Assembly: GCA_965203435.1 (NCBI GenBank)
Contig: CBDBCU010000006.1
Coordinates: 366,518 to 430,517, forward strand
Source of the DNA: Dehalococcoidia bacterium
Lineage (GTDB): Bacteria > Chloroflexota > Dehalococcoidia > Lucifugimonadales > UBA3495
Direction of reading: 5' to 3'
DNA: 64,000 nt
The notes beneath the pieces were generated by a model. That model ran no database searches, was not told the DNA's origin, and saw only the letters and a program-made list of their open reading frames with translations. Of this stretch, positions 57,645 to 64,000 are shown one piece after another (positions within the stretch are counted from its first letter, which is position 1; each line of letters begins with the position of its first letter). A program made the position numbers and the translations under genes.

Positions 57645-59216
57645 ATGTTGGACTTGCTGATTAAGAACGGACTGGTTATTGACGGCAGCGGCAGCCCCGG
57701 TTTCTATGCCGCCGTCCTGGTGGCCGGCGAAACCCTAACCCTCCACCGCGGCGATACCGATGGCTTGGAATCCGCCCGCACTATCGACGCCGCCGGCCAT
57801 GTCGTCTGCCCCGGCTTTATTGACCTGCATTCCCACGCCGGCTTGACCATCCTGGGCGCGCCCCATCACGACCCCAAGGTGCGGCAGGGCGTCACCACCG
57901 AACTGATTGGCATTGACGGCATTTCCCACGCCCCCTTTAAGTCCCAAGCCGAACTCCACCGCTACATCTGGCTGGACTCCGGCCTCAACGGCTACCCGCC
58001 TATGCCCGCCGACTGGCTGACCGTGGCCGAACTGCTGAATAAGTACGACAATGCCGTGGCCGTCAACATTGCCTACATCCTGGGCAATGCCCCGGTGCGG
58101 ATCTGGGGCCTCGGCTGGAACGACCGGCCGGCCACGGCGGCGGAATTGGCCGATATGAAAGCCGTAGTCCGCGAGGCTATGGAGGAGGGCGCGTGGGGTC
58201 TGTCCACCGGCCTGGACTACCCGCCCGGCTCCTACGCCGACACCAATGAACTGGCGGACTTGGCGGCGGTAGCGGCCGATTTGGGCGGTTTCTACCATAC
58301 CCACACCCGGGCCAGTCTGCTGGCCCAGGGCCCTTTGGCCCCTTGGCAGGAGGCGGTAGAAATCGGGCGGCGCGGCGATTGCCCGGTGCATCTCACCCAC
58401 TACCGCCAGGGCGCCCAAGGGCAAGGCAGCCACCTGGATTACCTTGGCTTGGTGGAAAAGGCCCGGGATGAGGGCTTGGATGTTACCTTTGACTGCTACA
58501 CCTACCCTTACTCCGGCACTACCATCACCATTGGCCTGCCGCCTTGGGCCAAAGACGGCGGCCCGGAGCGGTTAATGGCCGCCCTGCAAGACCCCGCCGA
58601 CCGGGCCCGGATGAAAAAGGAAATCCCGTCCGCGCGGCTGGAAAGCAACTGGCTGACCAACTTTACCCAACCCCAGAACCGGCAATACGATGGCCGGCTG
58701 ATTACCGACATCGCCGCAATGCGCGGCCAGGAACCGGCCGACGCCCTTTTTGACCTGCTGGTATCGGAAAACCTGGGCCTTTCCACCGTGGGACTAGGCA
58801 CCAACCCCCAGACCTTGCCCGCTTTTGTGGCTCACCCCTGCGGAATGATTGCCAGTGACGCCATCCTGTTCGGCGAATATCCCAATCCCCGCACCTACGG
58901 CTGCTTTCCCATCGTCCTGGCCGAGTTCGTCCGGGCCGAAAAGCAGCTGCGCCTACCGGAGGCCCTTCGCAAAATGACCTCCTTTCCGGCCCAGCGGCTG
59001 GGCCTGCCCGATCGCGGCCTGCTCCGGGACGGATTCAAGGCCGACATCGTAATTTTCAACCCGGATACGGTGAAAACCTACGCCACCCGGGAAAGCCCCA
59101 AGCACTACCCGGTAGGCATAGAATATGTCATCGTCAACGGGCAGGTGGTCATTGAGCGCGGTGAAAACACCGGCGCCCTGCCCGGCCGTTCCCTGCGCCG
59201 CGGCCGGCGGGATTAG
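57645..59216 (+). CDS. N-acyl-D-amino-acid deacylase (D-aminoacylase)
   Basis: PGFIDLHSH, QGVTTE, GLSTGLDYPPG, PNPRTYGCFP, KADIVIF. Confidence 0.92.
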   Translation: MLDLLIKNGLVIDGSGSPGFYAAVLVAGETLTLHRGDTDGLESARTIDAAGHVVCPGFIDLHSHAGLTILGAPHHDPKVRQGVTTELIGIDGISHAPFKSQAELHRYIWLDSGLNGYPPMPADWLTVAELLNKYDNAVAVNIAYILGNAPVRIWGLGWNDRPATAAELADMKAVVREAMEEGAWGLSTGLDYPPGSYADTNELADLAAVAADLGGFYHTHTRASLLAQGPLAPWQEAVEIGRRGDCPVHLTHYRQGAQGQGSHLDYLGLVEKARDEGLDVTFDCYTYPYSGTTITIGLPPWAKDGGPERLMAALQDPADRARMKKEIPSARLESNWLTNFTQPQNRQYDGRLITDIAAMRGQEPADALFDLLVSENLGLSTVGLGTNPQTLPAFVAHPCGMIASDAILFGEYPNPRTYGCFPIVLAEFVRAEKQLRLPEALRKMTSFPAQRLGLPDRGLLRDGFKADIVIFNPDTVKTYATRESPKHYPVGIEYVIVNGQVVIERGENTGALPGRSLRRGRRD

Positions 59217-59223
59217 GTATCAC

Positions 59224-59667
59224 TTAATCGGCGGGATGGCCTTGCGCCGCTGGTGTTTCGGCGCTGAACTCAAGGATGCCGTTGCTGAATTCCCCAGATT
59301 GCTGCCCATCCCGGCCATCCTCCGGAAAGCCGTCCAGGACAAAGCCCGGTTCCGGCAGGAACTCCTCCCTTTCCGCCAACGGGCCGGCTTGGGGCTCCAG
59401 CGTCAGAGGATCGTCAATCGTACCGTCAGCCACGGTAATGTACCACTCGCCGCCGGGAGCCTCCAGCAACAGCGTCCGCATATCCAAGCCACCGGAGCGA
59501 AACTGTTGCAACCGCTCCGGAACAGCCCCGGTAACTACATAGCGTTCAAGGCCGTCGACCGGGTCGATAGCCAACGCAATGTAAGGGCTGCCGCCGATGT
59601 CCTGCGCCGCAAACACCTCGATACCGTCGTAGTAGTCGAGGACTTCGGTAAGTTTGATGGTTTTCAT
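59224..59667 (-). CDS. Hypothetical protein, YYDG motif (resembles DUF6575), paralog 2
   Basis: MKTIKLTEVLDYYDGIEVF...PERLQQFRSGGLDMRTLLLEAPGGEWY...EFLPEP; ATGA overlap with paralog 1. Confidence 0.8.
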   Translation of the reverse strand: MKTIKLTEVLDYYDGIEVFAAQDIGGSPYIALAIDPVDGLERYVVTGAVPERLQQFRSGGLDMRTLLLEAPGGEWYITVADGTIDDPLTLEPQAGPLAEREEFLPEPGFVLDGFPEDGRDGQQSGEFSNGILEFSAETPAAQGHPAD

Positions 59668-60053
59668 AATGCCGCCTGACAGTGGGTTGGCGCGGCCAAA
59701 TCGTCCATAGGATCGTCGTCCAGGAACAAATCGGGAAGCGGCAAAAACTCCTCCCTGGCCGCCAGCGGCCCCTCTTGAGGATGCAAAATCAGCTCCTCGC
59801 CGCCGCTGCCATCGGATCGAGTCAGATACCACTCGCCGCCGGGGGCTTCCAGTAGCAAAGTCCGCAAATCCAAGCTACCGGAGCGGAATTGGCGCAGGCG
59901 TTCCGGCGCTGCGCCGGTCACCAGGTACCGGTCAACCCGGTCAACCACGTCCACCAGCACGCCAACATAATGTCCCCCGAGGACATCCCGGCCCTCGAAA
60001 ATTTCCACCCCGTCATAGTAGTCCAGGACGGCAGTAGGACGGATGGTTTTCAT
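59664..60053 (-). CDS. Hypothetical protein, YYDG motif (resembles DUF6575), paralog 1
   Basis: MKTIRPTAVLDYYDGVEIF...PERLRQFRSGSLDLRTLLLEAPGGEWY...EFLPLP. Confidence 0.8.
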   Translation of the reverse strand: MKTIRPTAVLDYYDGVEIFEGRDVLGGHYVGVLVDVVDRVDRYLVTGAAPERLRQFRSGSLDLRTLLLEAPGGEWYLTRSDGSGGEELILHPQEGPLAAREEFLPLPDLFLDDDPMDDLAAPTHCQAAL

Positions 60054-60119
60054 AAGACCACCAAACAGCCGGATGCTGGATGCGCCCGGATCATCCATCG
60101 GGAAGTATGCTTACTCCGT

Positions 60120-61028
60120 CTAACCCTGGTAATTGGTCAGGTTATTAGGAGTGGCAACTACCGATACCGTCATTTTTAGAGAACCCGTGATGTCGCTGTT
60201 GCCGTTCTTTACCCGAAGGTTGAACCGCCAACCCCTGCTGGTAAGCAACTCGATGGTATCACGAGAGTTAGCCATCTGCCGGACAAAATCCAACGTTCCA
60301 TCGGTACGAACGGTACGACCCCACCGGAGGGTGCCGGCAAAGTTATAACTTTTCGCCATCCAATGGCCGTTCTCCCGTTCCAGCAGGTAGTAGTCGTGGT
60401 TTCCGAGGAAATACCTGGTCAAGTTCCCGATGTTATGCTGTTGCCGGTCAATTTCGGCAACGAGCAAGTTCAAGGCCGGGGCGTAGAAATCGTTTTCTTT
60501 CTGGAAATTATGAGCCTCGCCGGCTATTTGATTCCAGCGTTCCACGCCTTGCTCTACCAAACCGGGTATAGGGGCGTAAAGATTACGGATGGCAGCTCGG
60601 CATTCTGCCGAGAGGGGTTCTCCAAACCACTCGCGACCGAAATCTTTCCACTTGGCTATGCGCGGCCCTTTTATTTCAGGGCTCCGGTTCTTGGCTGAGA
60701 TACCAATGATGCGGTTCTGGCGGGTGGTAAGGATGATGTCCCGCGGGTCTCCCCGCGCGCCCGCATTATCTTCGGGCATCGTCAGGGTACCCGCTTGCCG
60801 TATGCTGTCATCCTGCTGGGACAAGAAACCCACGACAGCAACGGCCGCCTCTTGGCAGCGATTGCGCTCCCGTTCCGTTACTAATTGGTAGGACTCAGCG
60901 CATCGCTGCACCTTGGCGTTATTCGCCAAGCGGACATCCGGGTTTATGTTGCTAATCTCGGTTAGCAAGGCATATTCCCACGCCCGGCCATTGTCGACGT
61001 GCGCTCTGCGGTTGGGATTCCTATTCAC
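60120..61028 (-). CDS. HaeIII-family-like PD-(D/E)xK restriction endonuclease
   Basis: NGRAWEY, GARGDPRDIIL, IGISAKN, PRI...DFGREWFG, YFLGNHDYY, FNLRVKN, LKM. Confidence 0.72.
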   Translation of the reverse strand: MNRNPNRRAHVDNGRAWEYALLTEISNINPDVRLANNAKVQRCAESYQLVTERERNRCQEAAVAVVGFLSQQDDSIRQAGTLTMPEDNAGARGDPRDIILTTRQNRIIGISAKNRSPEIKGPRIAKWKDFGREWFGEPLSAECRAAIRNLYAPIPGLVEQGVERWNQIAGEAHNFQKENDFYAPALNLLVAEIDRQQHNIGNLTRYFLGNHDYYLLERENGHWMAKSYNFAGTLRWGRTVRTDGTLDFVRQMANSRDTIELLTSRGWRFNLRVKNGNSDITGSLKMTVSVVATPNNLTNYQG

Positions 61029-61893
61029 GGATGATTAGCACCTCCTTGCCGTTGCGATTGCCTTTGGCACTCATCCCGTAGGTCCAGTCAACCTTAACTA
61101 TCCGTGCAAAGTCGTACCGCTTGCGGATTTCGGGGCTGTCGTTGTAAGACATAACCCAGCCTTGCCGCTCGCGCAAGACTTCGGCTAACTGCTCGTGTCC
61201 GAACCCGTCATGATGATTGCCACGCTCTCCATAGAGGCGTTGGTCGATTTCGTACGGCGGGTCAAGATACAAGAAAGCGCCAGGGTGTTCGCACAGAGCG
61301 TCACGGTAGTCCCGCAAAAGGACTGACATTCCAGGACACTGGAACTGCCGTAATCGCTCTATGGCGGACTTCGTGAAACGGGGGTGTCCTGGCGACATTC
61401 CGCCAGACAAAGTAGTCCCACTAAAGGACGCCCGGTTAAGCACGTAAAAGACTACGGCTTTGTTGAAGCCTCCCTCCAAGTCGTTATAGGTCCGTTGCAG
61501 TTCGTAGAACCGTTCCTTGGGCAACGGGTTGTAAAGCGAAGCGTTGTCTGCAAGCCTTACCGGGTTATGCAGGGCGCACTGCCAAAAGTTGACAAGCGGC
61601 TGAAAAGCGTCAGAAGCATAGACGCAAGTGCCCTCGCTGGCAAGCATAATTTCTATGCTTGCCCCTCCGGCAAACGGCGAGCATAGCTCGTCAAGCCCGT
61701 CAGGAATGAACTGCCGGATTGTTCTGAAGGCTTTAGTTTTACCGCCAGGATACCGGAGCGGCGACGGGGACGCAAAACCCGCAATTGAAGTCCGCTTGCC
61801 GCACCGGTGATTGCCGTCAACGGCTGCGGTTTCCTCAGGAAACAAGGGAGCCGCGACGGGCCATTGCTGGCTTGCCAGACTCTCGCTGACCAC
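61021..61893 (-). CDS. D12/Dam-class N6-adenine DNA methyltransferase
   Basis: SPLRYPGGK, SPFAGGAS, LNRASFSG, FLYLDPPY, WVMSYND, EVLI; GTG start after GGAGG. Confidence 0.92.
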   Translation of the reverse strand: MVSESLASQQWPVAAPLFPEETAAVDGNHRCGKRTSIAGFASPSPLRYPGGKTKAFRTIRQFIPDGLDELCSPFAGGASIEIMLASEGTCVYASDAFQPLVNFWQCALHNPVRLADNASLYNPLPKERFYELQRTYNDLEGGFNKAVVFYVLNRASFSGTTLSGGMSPGHPRFTKSAIERLRQFQCPGMSVLLRDYRDALCEHPGAFLYLDPPYEIDQRLYGERGNHHDGFGHEQLAEVLRERQGWVMSYNDSPEIRKRYDFARIVKVDWTYGMSAKGNRNGKEVLIIRE

Positions 61894-62133
61894 GATCAAC
61901 CTCCGCCTTGAATAGGGAAAGAGTATCAATAGAGCATAGGTTTGTCAATAGCTAGTTTCCTGATTTGTGGTTCATCAGAGCGTTGCAAGATACTGCTGCC
62001 GAGTAACCGGCGATTTCAACCGAAATCGCCGCCAACATCTCCATCCCCCAAACTTTCCCCAAACCGCCCCCTCCGGCTATAATAGGCTAAACTTGCCCCA
62101 ACATCCCCCACCGCCGGTTGCCGGAGCCTGGGA

Positions 62134-63273
62134 ATGAATGCCCTTTATCTGGACTACAACGCCACTACCCCTATTGACCCGCAGGTAGCGGCGGCTATGC
62201 TTCCCTATATCCACGAATCCTTTGGCAATCCCTCCAGCGGCCATAGTTTCGGCTTGGCGGCCCGGGCCGCCGTGGATCAAGCCCGGGAGCAGGCCGCCGC
62301 CCTCTTGGGTTGCCCTGCCGACGCCCTGATTTTTACCAGCGGCGGCACCGAGGCCAACAATCATGCCCTCAAGGGCGTGGCGGCCGCCTATCGCCGCCAG
62401 GGCAATCACATCATCACCTCGGCGGTGGAACATCCGGCGGTAACGGAAGTCTGCCGTTGGCTGGAAAGCCAGGGCTGCCGGGTAACTTACCTGCCGGTGG
62501 ATGGCGACGGCGTGGTGGACGCCCGGGCCGTGGCCCAAGCTATCACCCCCCAGACCATCCTGATTACAATAATGCACGCCAACAACGAAGTGGGCAGCAT
62601 CCAGCCCATCGCCGAAATTGCCGAAATCGCCCATCATCACGGGGTCTTGCTGCATACCGACGCCGCCCAATCCATTGGCAAAATCCCGGTGAAAGTGGAT
62701 GATTTGGGCGTCGACCTGCTGTCCGTAGCCGGCCATAAGCTCTACGCCCCCAAAGGCATTGGCGCGCTCTATATTCGGCCCGGCGTCCGACTGGATAAGC
62801 TGATGCATGGGGCTAACCACGAACAGAACCGCCGGGCCGGCACCGAAAATGTTATTGAACTGGTCGGCTTGGGCGCGGCCTGCGAACTGATTGACCAGAA
62901 CCTGCCCGCCTATGCCCGGCGGATGGCCGAAACCCGCGACCGGCTGGAAACCGGCTTGTTGGAATACTATGACCCGGCGGTGCGGCTCAACGGCTCGCGC
63001 CAGCAACGGCTGCCCAATACCGCCAGCGTCAGCTTTAAGGGCCGGGCCGCCGACGCTATCCTGGCCGGCCTGAAACGGGTAGCGGCCTCGGCCGGGGCGG
63101 CCTGCCACAGCGACCGGGTGGAAGTTTCCCATGTCCTGGCGGCGATGGGCGTTCCCGAGGAGTATGCTATGGGCACCATCCGCTTTTCCACCGGCCGCTA
63201 TACTACTACAGAGGAAATTGACGCGGCCTTGACCGAGCTGCGGGCTGCCCTCGGCGGCGCCGCCCCGGTTTAA
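62134..63273 (+). CDS. Group I cysteine desulfurase / selenocysteine lyase-like PLP enzyme
   Basis: YLDYNATTP, FGNPSS, SGGTEANN, HANNEVG, HTDAAQ, AGHKLYAPKG, RAGTENV, GAACHS. Confidence 0.93.
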   Translation: MNALYLDYNATTPIDPQVAAAMLPYIHESFGNPSSGHSFGLAARAAVDQAREQAAALLGCPADALIFTSGGTEANNHALKGVAAAYRRQGNHIITSAVEHPAVTEVCRWLESQGCRVTYLPVDGDGVVDARAVAQAITPQTILITIMHANNEVGSIQPIAEIAEIAHHHGVLLHTDAAQSIGKIPVKVDDLGVDLLSVAGHKLYAPKGIGALYIRPGVRLDKLMHGANHEQNRRAGTENVIELVGLGAACELIDQNLPAYARRMAETRDRLETGLLEYYDPAVRLNGSRQQRLPNTASVSFKGRAADAILAGLKRVAASAGAACHSDRVEVSHVLAAMGVPEEYAMGTIRFSTGRYTTTEEIDAALTELRAALGGAAPV

Positions 63274-63315
63274 GGCCGGGCTACCCGACCCTTCCCAAAC
63301 AGCAAGGAGCGATTT

Positions 63316-64000
63316 ATGACTACGCAGGTTAATCCCGGCGCCCTGGACGCGGCGACCCTGGCCGCTTTCCAGGCGGATTTTGACGACCAGCCCGGCTATC
63401 GGCTGATGCAGAATGTCGTGGCCCAGCACGATGTCAACGCTGTGGCTCTGAACCGCCGCATCGTTACCGAAGCCGACCACAGCTTTTCCACCGTCCTGGA
63501 CGATTGGAAAGTTACCAATCAGGCCCGCTCCGGCCGCTGCTGGATGTTCGCCGGCCTCAACCTGTTCCGGGCCGAAACCCGCAATCAGCTCCAAGTCAAG
63601 GATTTCGAGTTCAGCCAGAACTATCTGATGTTCTGGGACAAGCTGGAACGGGCCAACTACATCCTGGAAGCCATCATTGAAACCGCCGACCGGCCCATTG
63701 ACGACCGGGTGGTGGCTTGGCTGCTGCGTCAGCCCCTGGGCGACGGCGGCCAGTGGGATATGTTCGTCAGCCTGGTGCGGAAACACGGCGTCGTCCCCAA
63801 AACCGCTATGCCCGAAACGGAAAGCTCCGGCAACTCGGCTCGGATGAACGCCAGTCTCAACTATCAGGTGCGGCAGGGGGCGCGCAATATCCGCAATCTG
63901 TTCGCCGAGGAAGCCGGCCTGGACGCTATGCGGCAGGCCAAGCAGGAAACTTTGCAGGCCGTCCACCGCATCCTGTGCATCCACCTGGGGCCGCCGCCGC
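63316..64000 (+). CDS. pepC: Aminopeptidase C / bleomycin hydrolase (C1B), runs off window end
   Basis: AAGGAG RBS; VTNQARSGRCWMFAGLN, FEFSQNYLMFWDKLERANY, DGGQWDM. Confidence 0.93.
   Translation, partial: MTTQVNPGALDAATLAAFQADFDDQPGYRLMQNVVAQHDVNAVALNRRIVTEADHSFSTVLDDWKVTNQARSGRCWMFAGLNLFRAETRNQLQVKDFEFSQNYLMFWDKLERANYILEAIIETADRPIDDRVVAWLLRQPLGDGGQWDMFVSLVRKHGVVPKTAMPETESSGNSARMNASLNYQVRQGARNIRNLFAEEAGLDAMRQAKQETLQAVHRILCIHLGPPP

Overview
High-GC bacterial chromosome segment, most likely Chloroflexota (Dehalococcoidia/SAR202-like). This is inferred from RpoB/RpoC with long lineage-type insertions, a bacterial translin homolog, two LLM monooxygenases, an enolase-superfamily enzyme and a thiolase-DUF35 pair. 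Core genes: polA (5' part), thiE, comM/yifB, aroA, modABC, rpoB-rpoC, pyrD, clp-hspR-dnaJ/hsp20, tRNA-Asn, a cysteine desulfurase and pepC (5' part). Accessory content: two HigBA modules plus a decayed higB, an orphan PLD nuclease, large surface proteins and two families of REP-like repeats. Most notable: (1) a gene split by the ORF track that reads through an in-frame UGA in a UxxC motif followed by a SECIS-like hairpin, giving a selenocysteine glutaredoxin fused to a DinB domain (45622-44861); (2) a four-gene island pairing a Dam-class adenine MTase with a HaeIII-like endonuclease and two unknown paralogs; (3) translin immediately followed by an RNase Z-like gene. All calls come from motif recognition by eye; no database searches were run.
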